A stretch of 63,110 nucleotides of DNA, filler included, from Rhabdomonas costata (GCA_019059605.1; 53 parts of 53 records of this genome joined end to end with filler, not necessarily neighbours in it), one strand, 5' to 3'; positions 49,867 to 62,472 are shown, numbered from the whole stretch's first letter. Numbers and translations: made by a program. Notes: generated by a model not told the origin, from the sequence alone.

Positions 49867-52493
49867 GTATGCTTATGTGTGCGCGTAGCAGTGGGGAGAC
49901 AGGGCGATCAGGGACGCTCTTGCCCGAGATTTCTGAAGGTTCTGGTTTCGGCGTTCCAACGTTGCTGAAGTTTATTTTTAGCTGCGGGCGTTCGGTTCCG
50001 TCCCCGCTGNNNNNNNNNNNNNNNNNNNNNNNNNNNNNNNNNNNNNNNNNNNNTTAATTAATTAANNNNNNNNNNNNNNNNNNNNNNNNNNNNNNNNNNN
50101 NNNNNNNNNGGGGGTGTTGCTCGAATGTAAAGAATACTACGCCGGCAAGCTCGTGCGTGTGTGCGTTTTCATCGCGGTTTGGACTGCTCCGCGCCCTCCC
50201 CTGCCACGTGCGAGCGAGAGACGATCATCCCCCCCCTGTTTTTATGTTATTTTTGTGTCGCCCTGCCGCGCCTGTCCATGTTCAGCTCGTGCGACTTGAG
50301 TGCACCGCACAGCTGTGGTGACTTGCACCTTTTTATCCTGCAATGCTCGCCCGCTTTTCCGCTGGTTTATTTTCCCCTGGGATTGTTGCTTGCATCATGT
50401 TTGTTTTGTGCGATTGCGAAGCGGCAAGTCGGAAAGCGGTGAACTTGAGTTCTCCAGCAGTCGGTCTGTGATAGCATTCTGTTTTTTGTTGGTTTTCTTC
50501 GCCGTGTCGTGGTTTCGTTTTCGTTGTCCTCGTGTGCCTTTTTCAACGTTTGCCCGTATATGATCAAGAGGGTGCCGTAATACTTGCCTGAGTCTGAATG
50601 GTGTGAGAATTCACTGAGTTTGTGGGAGGCCAATGTTCGAACTGTTCTGAAGACACCTTACTGTCCATCTCCCCGTTTTGATGGTGTGTCGTTAGAGACA
50701 TGGGTTCGAGAAGAAATCCGACCACTCCTCCTGTTCCGAGGTTTGCAGTTAAACCCCAGGAAATTTGGGTTAAGGGGATTCTTTTGCTTAAGTTAATGAA
50801 TATCTCTGGGTCTCTTTGTACCCTGTCCCACCGAGTGCTCCCCCCCTTCACCCAATTCCTGTGTCGCCACACCCCATCCCGGTCTGTTCTATTAATTTGA
50901 CAAAAAATGTCATTCCCAACCACGGCTATGCTTGTCATTATCCCCAGCCACGTTTTGTGGAATCTTTCGTCACCTTGGTGTTCAGCAGTAAGGAGCAAAA
51001 ACAATGCTAAGAACCAAAACACGCGACGAAAGAAGCAATTTACACGAAATAAATACAGACGCACGAGATGGTAGATGGTAGATGGGGCGGGGGGCTCGTC
51101 GCAAGGGAGACAAAGTAGAGATGTGCCCAGGTTTCCCAGAAGATGACGAGAGATCGTGCGTACGACCAAGAATGAAAGGTGCCATCAAAGGCAAAAAACC
51201 CNNNNNNNNNNNNNNNNNNNNNNNNNNNNNNNNNNNNNNNNNNNNTTAATTAATTAANNNNNNNNNNNNNNNNNNNNNNNNNNNNNNNNNNNNNNNNNNN
51301 NTGTGTTGTGTATGATAAACCAGAACTTAATTACACTCTGTTTCTTTTCACATCCACTGCAATCGTGGTGCCAGTGCTGGGCCACGTTTATCGTAGCTCG
51401 GTAAATGATCCCAGTGACTCCACAAGAAACTATGTGTGCCGTAATGTAACGGTACGTGCAATAAACGGCGCATACATTGCATTCCAGTTTTCATTTTTGC
51501 CTACGTTAACAATGAGACTATTGTTGTCTGGCGCAACATTGTTCAAAAAGAAATATGAATAATCAGAACATGACCAGCGCGCAAACCTGCTGCACTACAT
51601 TAATGCAGAGAATCCGTAATCATATCCAAAAGCTTACCACAATCCAGAGCGCAGGAAATAATGAATTAGTCAGCCTAAATATGACACCATAGAGCTACTC
51701 ATCACGTGGAGTATACGATCTAATCATCCGCGTTGGATTCTCATCCTTTTCCAGTACGCCACTACAATTCCACTTGCAATGAAATTTACTTCTCTATCAT
51801 GCGGCACGTTGCCTTCAGTGCATCAAAGCCACCGATTTCGAATTGTGATCTTCGCTTCCACGATACGCGTGTCATAATTTTAGCTGTAGTTTGGTTCGCA
51901 CTTAGGGCTAGTGGTAAGCGGAGGCATAAAATCTAGGTGGTGGGTGCTGTAAAGGACATAGAAAGCTGATGTAATAAAGCCTCTAAACACTATGAATTCT
52001 CCAGCGGAGATTTTTGCCATTTTGAGCTGCTTGTACTCCTCTACGTATTGCCCAAGCTAAAAAAACAACTTTTCAGTGTGCTATTCTTTGCATATTTTGC
52101 ACATTTGAAGTAGTTTCAGCTCCATGTGAGACGATCTGTGCTACTGTGTAGAGAAGCGCTGCTCATGCGCTTGTATTGATCAGTAGTTCTCTTTTTCTTT
52201 CCCATATCTGTAGATACCTTGCCGTTGCCGTTGCCGTAGGAAACAACGTTCATAATTCGCGCTAAATAAGTACCTTACTGTGGCTATATATAGGGTGCTG
52301 CGCTCATAATAAACGGCAGTGTGGTTAAAAATGACAGCTCGTTCCAATCATATTCGCCAAGGGGTACACGAGGCAGCCATTTTGTGTTCTCAANNNNNNN
52401 NNNNNNNNNNNNNNNNNNNNNNNNNNNNNNNNNNNNNTTAATTAATTAANNNNNNNNNNNNNNNNNNNNNNNNNNNNNNNNNNNNNNNNNNNN

Positions 52494-52866
52494 TCAGCTC
52501 AACAGGGTGCTCCACCAACTTTTGAGCGTCTTGTGGAACGCTTTGAGTCCCTGAGGAATTGGACGGAACAAAGCGTACCGACCCAGGACTTAAAGAGACA
52601 AGTTTGGACTTCGAATATGCAATATGGCCTATGATCTTGCCAGCCGATTCGGGGGCGATGTCTTCATCAACTACGGCAACAAACGCGAGCTCAGGGACAT
52701 AATCCGAACGCCCGCGCATCACGTGCAGAAGATAGTGCTCGTCACATCCAGGCTGGTGCAAGTTCCAAAACGCACGGCGGGTTAAGGCCTCCACTTCTGC
52801 GAAATCTGAGGCCCGCTCGCCCCGAAGGTGAAACGCACAAGAAGGGGATGTCAAACACGTTACCAT
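52494..52866 (-). CDS. GNAT N-acetyltransferase (bacterial YhbS-like), 5' part
   Basis: LRGERASDFAEVEALTRRAFWNLHQPGCDEHYLLHVMR..YVPELAFVAV..GKIIGHIAYSK. Confidence 0.88.
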
Positions 52867-54484
52867 TCTTCGGATGTAATTAAACAGAACAGGCTGAACA
52901 TATACCAATCACAGAAAGAAGTTTCAGTGAGGAAAAGAAGCAGAAGGTTGGGTAAAAATAAGGGACACCATGCACAAACGAGGAGCCCAACACCGCTTTC
53001 CTGCCTCCCCCACCTCCCAAATGGATAAATAAAATGGATCAATATTTAACAGAAATAGTGAGGCAAACTCCCTGCCGTACGATCGGTTTTGAAGCATGGG
53101 ACGCTGTTCCCACGTCCGAGGGGGGGGGGACGTATTACAGGGCGCTCGAAGCGAGTGGGTCCATTGGAGAAACACAAACCCTCCCAGTCTCCCAGCTCTT
53201 CGATTAGTTCTATGGACATCACTGCTTGGATCACCTCGAACTCGGAAGCAAGGAAAAAAGGAAGAGCCACTAAGGGGACCGGCTACGCAGCATTTCGGGA
53301 GGTTCCTTGTACACAGAAAAGACCCCGGATCTGGAAGCCAAGACTCCAGTCAAGAATCTCGATTGCTTCCCACTGTAGACGCTGCACTCCAATTGATACA
53401 CAGAAACAACCCCAAATTCAACGTTTACGGCTGTTCTCCTGCACCGTTTGACCACAAAAACTTGATTCATGCGCTTTTTATGAATGCAATAATTGTCGAC
53501 ATGAAGTGATAAATATCAAAGGGAAGCATGAAACTCCGTGCAATTTTATCACTTCATGTCGACAATTATTGCATTCACAAAAACCNNNNNNNNNNNNNNN
53601 NNNNNNNNNNNNNNNNNNNNNNNNNNNNNTTAATTAATTAANNNNNNNNNNNNNNNNNNNNNNNNNNNNNNNNNNNNNNNNNNNNCCAGGGAGACAGTTT
53701 ATTGTGCCCTGCTGTCGCCCCTACTCCTCACGGCACGCAAGATCACACCTCATTCACGCTCCCCAAAACAATCTCCCTTGCTTACCTCGAGCTGGGTTGA
53801 TAACACCTCTATCGATGAGCACAGAGCGCAGCGACTGATTCCTCAAACTAGTACGGTAGTCACGGTAACATTCCTGTGGTGTGGAGTCCGATCAACACTC
53901 AACGTGGGTAAAACCGACAGACAACAAACGGCGAATTCTTGTTGTGGATGACGCTCAGTTTCCGAGAACCCTGGTGCTGCCGTCAACCTGCACCCACTTG
54001 AGCTCCAAATACACACATAAATCAAATGACAGAACCTCTCTTTGCAGCCAGAACAGAAAGGGTTTCAAACACGGCCGATAAAAAACCTCTGTGGCAGCTA
54101 CAAACGAACCAACAAAATAAGTCATTCGGGATTCACCCAGCGGCAGCTGATAGGGCGAAGATTTAGACTGAAATGGTTGTCCCTGTCTCTCGGACTCCTC
54201 TTCCCATGCCGAGAGACCCTCTCAGGGTCCATTTTCGGCCTTTTTAAGGGTCTTTTCGGAAAATTTGAAGGGCCTGGGGTTGGTTTGCCAACAGCGATGT
54301 CTCTTGCTTTTTTTTATACTCTTGTTTCCAAATGCGTGAATTATGGCTGAGCACCCTGTCAGCCCCATACACCAACAAGACGAGACCACCCCACCTTCTA
54401 AACGAAAAAAGGAATTCCCTTTGACACACAGAAGGCAAACGATGCACCCACACGCCCGCCCGCATCTCCCGCATGAACGCACAC

Positions 54485-54770
54485 GGAGACCCTGGCGGTC
54501 ATCCAGACGTAGGCCTCGTCAGCGAGCTTCAGCGCCGGGCTGCGCGGGCTCTCGTGGGCTCGCAGCAGGTCCTCCGGGGTGTTGAAGAGGACGCGGTAGG
54601 GCGCTACCTCCACAGTATACGGCCCGGTGCCTCCCTCGCGGCGCAGCACCCTCTCGTCTCCTTTCTTGAACATCGGGAGCCGGCTGCTCTCGTGCTCCCG
54701 GAGCACCTTCTCAGGCTCCACGAAGACCACGTGGGGGGACCCTGGGGCCTGCCCCGCAACCCGTAACCTC
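54485..54770 (-). CDS. Hypothetical protein exon
   Basis: GC-rich open segment (HVVFVEPEKVLR..YRVLFNTPEDLL..ADEAYVW) ending at a GTGTGC donor. Confidence 0.5.
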
Positions 54771-55423
54771 AACACCNNNNNNNNNNNNNNNNNNNNNNNN
54801 NNNNNNNNNNNNNNNNNNNNTTAATTAATTAANNNNNNNNNNNNNNNNNNNNNNNNNNNNNNNNNNNNNNNNNNNNGGGTGAGCCAGTGGCACCCGGATG
54901 CCAGCAGTCTGCCTTTTATTGCACGGACAGGGTACTCTTCCGGGTCTCCTCCAGGTGATCAAGAGAGGACTACCTTTTCTTTCCTTCCAACGAGCCCGTT
55001 GGCATCCGGGTGCCACTGGCTCACCACCTCGGTTGTCTGAATCTGCCCCAAGGCTCACCCGTGGTAGGCGTGAGTTTGCGTCCAGGGCATAGCGCGCTGA
55101 ATGATGCAGAGCTGATGACTTCCACATCAGATGATCCCGTATCTTCTGCGCCCATGAGCCCCACGTCTGCTTTGGTCTAACGCACACACTCGTTAATTAT
55201 CGGGGCGTTCCCCGAGCCCTCGTTCAGTGGCGTCCCGGGGTAATGGCCACCATTATGACTTTTGGGCCTCTAAGGTCTGCCCGGTGAGTCCCCAGATCGC
55301 TGGTTGCCTTAGCTGGGGTTGGTCTGCAGCCACTCATGCACCGTCGGTGTGGCTACGTGCCTTTTCTTAACACAAAACACGCACGATGGTAAGTATGAGC
55401 AGAAGCACAGGTCATGCCAGCAC

Positions 55424-55594
55424 GAGGGACCAGCCTAAGTCTCGCAGGGCGCGGCTGAGCTCGGGGATGTATCCGTCCACCTTGAGGCCCCCACTAAGCC
55501 CATCAATAAATACCACAACCTTTGGGGAATTCCCCGCACGGAACAGCACGCGGTAAGGGTCCACCGAAGAGTAAGACATTAGCACTCCCTCCAT
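55424..55594 (-). CDS. DUF1749 (UPF0613, alpha/beta-hydrolase-like) protein, first exon
   Basis: MEGVLMSY..VVVFIDGLSGGL..YIPELSRALRDLGWSLV resembles the family motif VIFIGGLxDGL..YxxxLxxAL..WSLV. Confidence 0.75.
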
Positions 55595-56134
55595 TTGGGC
55601 AACAAAAGCGAGCGAAAGTCAACCTCCTAGTGCGAGAAGAAAAAGGCTGTCCTAGTGTTGTCCCAGTATCAAGGTCTTTCAACACTGCTGAAAACATGGT
55701 TCAAAGACTGTTTTAAGATGAAGGTGGATTGAGGTTTGATCTACGATCCTTACTTCGGCTTTCCGGAGTCCATCGAGACATCGCTAGAAATCGATCCAAC
55801 CGATCCATTTTCTCGGAGGGAAAAAGCATTCGCAATGATTCACAACGCAAATGAGGTGGGCAGGCCCCCCGGTATTCCTATGAGATGCACAGAGGTTCAA
55901 TTGACAATAAATACAAACACTACAAACCCACCAACGATACTACAAACCACACCAACCACACCCAACACNNNNNNNNNNNNNNNNNNNNNNNNNNNNNNNN
56001 NNNNNNNNNNNNTTAATTAATTAANNNNNNNNNNNNNNNNNNNNNNNNNNNNNNNNNNNNNNNNNNNNGGGGTGGGGTGGGGAAAGAGGGCTCTCGTCTA
56101 TGGTTCTTCCCTACCCTTCCGCATCGAATCTCAG

Positions 56135-56971
56135 GGACCTTCCGAGAGAACATTTTCTTCGACAACTCGCAGTGGGCCGCTGACATCGCGGAGGGCACGT
56201 TTGCTGAGATTGTCGAGAACCGCTTCTACAGGTAATGTCTCGGGGAGGGAGTGCTTTCCTTCACCGCCTCCCCCCTCCCATATCAAGTTATGCAGAACCA
56301 GGGTGTTAGTATCTCTTTCCCAATTCTTTAGCCCACATGCCGCCTCCGCCCAGAGCAAAGCTGAGGCTCGCTGAGGCGAGTTTGAGCAATGCCTCCCGGT
56401 GAGCACGGCAATAAGGTGGGTTGGGTAAAAATGCAACTTTTCGAGTGGGAACAGTTTTCTCTTTCTGTTTCTGGTACTCTCACCTTTTTCACTCTTCGGC
56501 CTGTGCCGCAAACCGTGCGCCTGCATATTTCCGTGGCTCACAGCCCCACCACCGACCCGCCGATTCCGAACAGCAGCAGCCAGGTTATGGGCTACGGGAA
56601 CCGCAACGACGTCCGCACGGAGGCGAGAATTCTGAAAGACATCCCCGCCCACCCTCAGGCAAGCAGGGGGCGTGTGGATGAGTGGGTTGGAAGTTGGGGC
56701 TGGAGCGACTCCGATACCCTAACCTAATGCCCTCCGAAGTTCACATCTCCCCGCTGCTGCGCTTTGTTTGTTCTGTTTGCTTCTGTTGCAGGCTCCGTGT
56801 CCATTTTTTTGCGGTTGGGCTTTTGGTTTTTAGTCAGATCTTTTACACTATGTTTGGGTTTTACAGCGCGTGGAGAAGTACCGGCTGGAAGAGCAGCAGT
56901 TCCGCAAGACCAAGCGGACTCGCCAGACCTTGCAGCAGGGGCTTGACTCTGCTTTTGTCGAGATTGCTGAG
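56135..56971 (+). CDS. Hypothetical protein, possibly the end of a parallel beta-helix followed by a coiled coil; three exons (56135-56231, 56544-56658, 56867-56971)
   Basis: In-frame splice TFRENIFFDNSQWAADIAEGTFAEIVENRFY|SPTTDPP..PAHPQ|RVEKYRLEEQQF; the second intron is best explained by a CAG|GCAAGC donor. Confidence 0.7.
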
Positions 56972-58479
56972 GTGTGATGGCCTCACGTGCGTTTTGATGA
57001 CATCAGATATGTGTTCTTCTTGTATAATAAATTAAGTGCCTTAGCCAGACCGCCGTGTTGTGGTGTGCTTCCACAACTGCCACCACCGTGCAGGCGCGAG
57101 CACGATGTGCTTGATGCTCGCAGAAGCATGAGAAGCACCAGGAGTTAAACCCCCCCCAACNNNNNNNNNNNNNNNNNNNNNNNNNNNNNNNNNNNNNNNN
57201 NNNNTTAATTAATTAANNNNNNNNNNNNNNNNNNNNNNNNNNNNNNNNNNNNNNNNNNNNTGGTGGCTCATGCGTATCCCCGAGTCCATGTTCCGCCCGT
57301 GTCCCTTGACTTTTTGTACCACAAACACAAAGCAAATCCAACGGCTTCTGTTTGCCTTGCGTAAACAGCCTGTCTCGTGTTCAATTCCTGCCGTCTCTCT
57401 CCCCCCACCCGTCCAGCGCGCCCGTCCAACGGACGGGTGACGGGTGCACCCCGCACGCCGGTGGAACATTGGAATACTGTTTCCTTCTAACTTTCTCCAT
57501 ATCCCTGTTTTGTGTCACTTGCCGCGGGGCTTACCATCGTCGCACACTGCTCTTGCATAGCTGTCGACGTGGCTTACGCAGCAGCACCTTTCTCTTTTTT
57601 TTGTTGTCAATCTTTTCAGCTGTGTAGTCCACACCTGTACCAACAGAAAGCAGTCACGCAGTCAGGATAATAAGTGTGCTTCTTCGGGAGAGTGAGTGTT
57701 TCGAGGTGTAGTAAGCTGTCCGCGTGAATCGGAGGATCAAGGGAGCTGTGGCTGGCTGTTTGCTCGTTTTCCGCCCCACTTCAGCTCTATCGTCGTTATA
57801 GGGGAAGGGATAGGTACAGAGGTGGGTACAGTGGAATATCAAAACCCGATTTCAGGCTCTTCCGCCCACTCCTCGGGGCGGTCACCTCTCCATCTCCGCT
57901 CCCCATTGCACCCTCCAAACGTGCGGAACGTGTCCACCTTGCCCTCCGTAGCTGTGATTTGTGAGAATAAGTGATTCACAAGACAAGCCCTAAAAAGACC
58001 TTGCGTATCTTTCCTTCCCCTATATATTCTGCTCCTCCCTGTTGTGCAATCTCTGTGCAGGAGCAGTACCTCTGGTTGTCACTTCTCTTTGTGCCCACTT
58101 CACACTGGACATTCTCTTCTTTGGTGGCTTCTCCTCGTCCCTCTCCAGCATGGGCCTTTGCAGGGCTATTTGTGAACAGGAAGGGCTGCGGCAAAGTCTC
58201 GCCATGACTTCAAAAGAAGCCGTTGCACGAGAGTCCGTATTGATAGTGGAGACATTGTGATGGTTGACCCACACCTTTTGTTTTCCTTTTCATCCCCTCC
58301 CCCTCTACCTTTCCCTTTCCGGACGCTGAGAGGCGTCAGTGCTGTAACTGTGNNNNNNNNNNNNNNNNNNNNNNNNNNNNNNNNNNNNNNNNNNNNTTAA
58401 TTAATTAANNNNNNNNNNNNNNNNNNNNNNNNNNNNNNNNNNNNNNNNNNNNGTGGTGGGTGCGAACCATGACATCTTG

Positions 58480-58780
58480 ACGTTGGAGGAGGAGCATGCG
58501 AGGGACCGAGCATGCGACGTGAAGAGGACCGAGCATGCGACGTGAAGAGGAGTTGGAGGAGGGATGCGAGGTACCGAGCATCACGACGACCCTTTCATCT
58601 TCTTTCTTCTGTTGGAGGAGGAGCGTAGCGACGACGACGTAGGGGTGGAGAGGAGGAGCGTAACCGCATGCGGTGAAGCGACGACGTCATGCATTGGAGG
58701 TGGGAGGAGTGGAAGCGCGTAGCGGTGGAACAACGACCCACACACGTAGGAGGGAGGAACCAGCGTAGCGAGTGACGCCC
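58480..58780 (+). repeat. Second G/A-rich array with GA-mismatch hairpin motifs and a ~23-bp tandem duplication
   Basis: GATGC-GA-GG-TA-CC-GA-GCATC (58563-58582); GAGCGTAGCGA (58621-58631); GGACCGAGCATGCGACGTGAAGA twice (~58503-58548). Confidence 0.7.
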
Positions 58781-59938
58781 GACACACAAACATCTTTTTA
58801 CCCTGCGGGCCCGTCCCACGCACCTTCTCACACCCTGTACATAGACAGCCTCAATCAGCTGGGTGTGAGGGTTCATCTTTGCATACGGTGGGCCCTCTGT
58901 CAACATTCCTCTCTCACCTCACCTGTCAGCATCTTCCTCTCCTGCAGCAAGGTAGCGGTAGGGTAGCATGCTTAGTCCACTCATCACCCTAAGAGTGGGC
59001 ATTGTACCTTTCTTACACCCTGGTTGTCAGCATACCGGTCATGTCGGTCTCGGCGACCCCCACTATGGCATACTCTACCATCGGGTGGTAGGGTACATCA
59101 ACGCACACGTAGCGATACTCACACCCGCTACCTTGCCACCTTGGCGTAGGAGTGGCAGCATCACCACAAGCTCCATCCACACCGGGTACGGTGAGACTTC
59201 CCTGCTACCACCAACATCCGATGCTACGGTTGGCATCATCACGTGTGGGCTGGTTCTTGCTCCATGACAGTCAGCGTTGCACCAACGGTAGGCCATATAC
59301 CATCACCATCATCGCTGGATGTGGCTGGGTTGAGCCTTGGCCTGACCTTCTAGCTTCCTCCGGAGGGGTTTACCGGTCGTATCCGTTACGTGGACTAAGC
59401 GACTCCTGCATGGCCTGCTCACAACTAGGGTGTATACCCATAGTGCTACTAGGGGGCATGTGTCAACCAGTGGTAGTAAATAGCCATCGACCACTGGCGC
59501 TATCGTGGAGCACTGTCACCATAGGACTGGTTACCCACTTAGANNNNNNNNNNNNNNNNNNNNNNNNNNNNNNNNNNNNNNNNNNNNTTAATTAATTAAN
59601 NNNNNNNNNNNNNNNNNNNNNNNNNNNNNNNNNNNNNNNNNNNTTGTTGTTGTCATTCCTCACACAGCCCTTCTTTCCTTCTTTCATTCACTTCTTTGTT
59701 TGGTGAGAAACACTCTGGCCTCTGCGCTATCAATGCGCTTATATCTTGGTATCCTCTCGAATGGTTAGCACTGCTGCTCAAGGGTCCGAAGTTTCGCATC
59801 TCAGAACGTCCCTTTGGGTGTGGAGCGAATCTCGCACGTGTGTTGTGAAGAGCTCATTTGTCCTTGACCTGTTTTCGTCTTGCTGTTGGGCGGGACTGCT
59901 CACGTTTGAGCTGGGACGGACGGGGGTATGTATTGCAG

Positions 59939-60724
59939 GTCGGAAAGCGGACTTCCTGTGGATGTACGTGGTTATGCTCTCGGCGATGCTGCTTCTCGGG
60001 GGTGGGGTCCTGGGGATGCGCGTGTTGGGCCGCAGCGTTCTTCTTGCGGTGGTGTGGGTGTGGTGCCGCCACAACCCCACGCAGAACATGAGCATCATGG
60101 GCATATTCACGGTCAGCGCGCTGATGTTCCCTTGGGTATGTGGGCACGCACGTGCGCAGCATAACCTGCTGTCGGTCAGATTCATATCTAGTGACAGCAG
60201 CTCCCGCAGTTCCGCATTCAAATACGTGCCTATACCTCTTGCCTGCAGTGTTTTCGCCCACTTCTGGGCGGAAAGTACTCAAACCAACAACAACAACAAA
60301 AAACAGCACAGCATCAGCAGGTCAACAACCTGCAACATATACGGGACGTTCGATTCAGTTGTGTGGACAACCAAGACTTATGGCGGGCAGGACTAGACGG
60401 AGGAGACAGCAAACGGATAATTGGCAGAGCGCTAAAATACACAAAGCCCACTGCTTTCTTACGGGACCAATTGTATGGAGTGCGAGGCGAAGGAATGAGA
60501 TAATGAGATCGATCCCGTCACCCAATTTGTACACTGAGGATGGTATTCGGTTCTTTTCGTTTTTCAGTGGCCGTTTGTTTTTGGTCGCTTCGTGGCCACA
60601 GGTTCTCCTGGGGCTGCATATGATCATGGGCCAGGGCTACCTCCCCGCCCTAGTGGGGATTGCGTCTGGCCACCTGTATGTCTACCTCACCGACATCCTT
60701 CCCACAACCCACGGGGTGACCCTG
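59939..60724 (+). CDS. Derlin (Der1-like ERAD membrane protein), two exons (59939-60135 and 60602-~60724)
   Basis: GRKADFLWM..VWVWCRHNP..ALMFPW|VLLGLH..LVGIASGHLYVYLTDILP; phase-0 GT-AG intron. Confidence 0.93.
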
Positions 60725-60882
60725 CACACCCAACANNNNNNNNNNNNNNNNNNNNNNNNNNNNNNNNNNNNNNNNNNNNTTAATTAATTAANNNNNNNNN
60801 NNNNNNNNNNNNNNNNNNNNNNNNNNNNNNNNNNNAGTCCCAAAGAACCCGACGAAGAGCGTCCAAGGCAGGCGGAGATGGT

Positions 60883-60944
60883 GCCTTGCTGATGATGACC
60901 CAACCACTCCCCTAGGGTCGAAACGCCAGTCACTCCAGTAAGAC
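60883..60944 (+). ncRNA. Minimal type I hammerhead ribozyme motif (Penelope-associated type), stem I degenerate
   Basis: CTGATGA (60889-60895), extra T, stem II GACCC/GGGTC (60897-60901 and 60915-60919), GAAAC (60920-60924), short stem III loop GCCA, GTC cleavage triplet (60929-60931). Confidence 0.75.
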
Positions 60945-61013
60945 CAGATCATCCAGCTGCTCAACCCAGAGTTCACCCCTTTCACCAAACTTAAACACAC
61001 ACACACTCTCTCT

Positions 61014-61069
61014 CTCATGATGACCCAACCACTCTGCCAGGGTCGAAACGCCGGTCACTCCAGTAAGAC
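61014..61069 (+). ncRNA. Second, 5'-truncated or core-mutated copy of the hammerhead motif, directly after (CA)n(CT)n
   Basis: Direct repeat of 60892-60944. The core reads CTCATGA instead of CTGATGA; stem II and GAAAC..GTC are kept, and the differences fall in loops. Confidence 0.65.
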
Positions 61070-61646
61070 GTTGCGTCTTCTTCAAATTTAATACTGCTCT
61101 TTTGGCGCTCCGCGCGTTTTGTTGCCTTGTTGGCCTGCTGTTGTGTTACCATCCTTTTTCCTCGGCTTTTTCTTCAAAATTGCATTTGAGGCTGTTGTTC
61201 ATAGGCTTGAATTGACAGTGTGTCTTGGGAACCCTTGCTCCCTGGAGAACCCTTGCGTTTTTCGTTTGCTTACTTGTATCGGGATGAGGCTCTTCTCTTT
61301 CCCTCAGATGATCGTTATGTTCTCCAAGAAAGTTGTCGATTCCACATCGCTGGTACACACTTTCTTTCCATCCCGGCGCACATTGTTCTCTGGATGCTGT
61401 GGCCCAGACTGGCCCTGCCCCGTCTGATCGGAAACTATGATGGTAGTATGTCCCTCCCGGCACTGCACTTTTTCGGGCCAACATTGACCGGCGGGGGAAG
61501 GGGGTAACGAAAACAGTTGTTGTCCATTTTAAGCCCCCTTTTATCTAGAGTTTTGACACATTTTTTGACACGACTTTTGCTACCAAATTTTATGAATTCA
61601 TGAGGCTTTTTCTTTTCTCCCGACTTGTCATTTGGGCTGCTCACAG

Positions 61647-61831
61647 GCCACCTCCAGCCCCTCCGTGATGCACAGCGGCCTGGGGGAAGCCTTCGTGGTG
61701 TGGCCCTGCCTGTACTACGCCCTGCGGTGCGGGCTGCTAGAGGCTGCGGAGCAGTTTGCGGAGGAGGCCCGCGGCACAATCCCCGCCCCGCTGGTCGAGG
61801 AGCTCAGGCGCTACCGCGCGGCCCCTGACCG
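61647..61831 (+). CDS. Nucleoporin Nup93/Nic96-like exon
   Basis: VWPCLYYALRCGLLEAA matches the Nic96 W..IYYxxRCG..xAA motif; bounded by AG and GT. Confidence 0.75.
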
Positions 61832-62472
61832 GTGTGCTATGTCTGTGCATGCCCGTCTGCCAGTAATAAATCCAAACCCTTATCGCTCTCAGGTGTTTCC
61901 AATTCACGAGGCCAGTTCGNNNNNNNNNNNNNNNNNNNNNNNNNNNNNNNNNNNNNNNNNNNNTTAATTAATTAANNNNNNNNNNNNNNNNNNNNNNNNN
62001 NNNNNNNNNNNNNNNNNNNGTGGTGGGTGTGTTTGGTTGTGTACGTGTCGTTGTGGTTCGGGTGTCGGCTGTTCCACCTGCCCTCTTCCCCGACAGGCGA
62101 CATCTGACCCGTGGCTGGTGTCACCTGACCTCAGTGGTTACAACCTTGTGATGGGCGACCGAAGAAAAATAAAGCAAAAACAACGCTCTTTAGAGTTTAT
62201 CAGCGCACTGGGTCGACAGAAGGTGCGCAAACACCCATTTCGGTGGTTCCAAGCCATATACCGGGTGTGCAACGAACATTGCATATAACGCAGAAGCCTC
62301 ACAGTGGGTATGCAAATTACCACTGTTTTCCACATTATCCCTCCCGCAAAGACCACCCCACCTCCGGAATCCTTGATCCCTCACAGCCTTTTCCTTTCTT
62401 TCACTGCCATCAGGGGTCGGGCGCAGAAGTCAGACCGCCACTCTGCCAAACCAAGATCACACACATAAATAC

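Noticed and set aside
50564-51169. 201-aa minus-strand ORF
   Set aside because: The 5' third looks intronic and the rest has no recognisable domain; it may be a terminal exon but I cannot support it.
58800-59450. Kinetoplastid-style pan-edited cryptogene
   Set aside because: The region is not G-rich and T-depleted as pre-edited U-insertion templates are.
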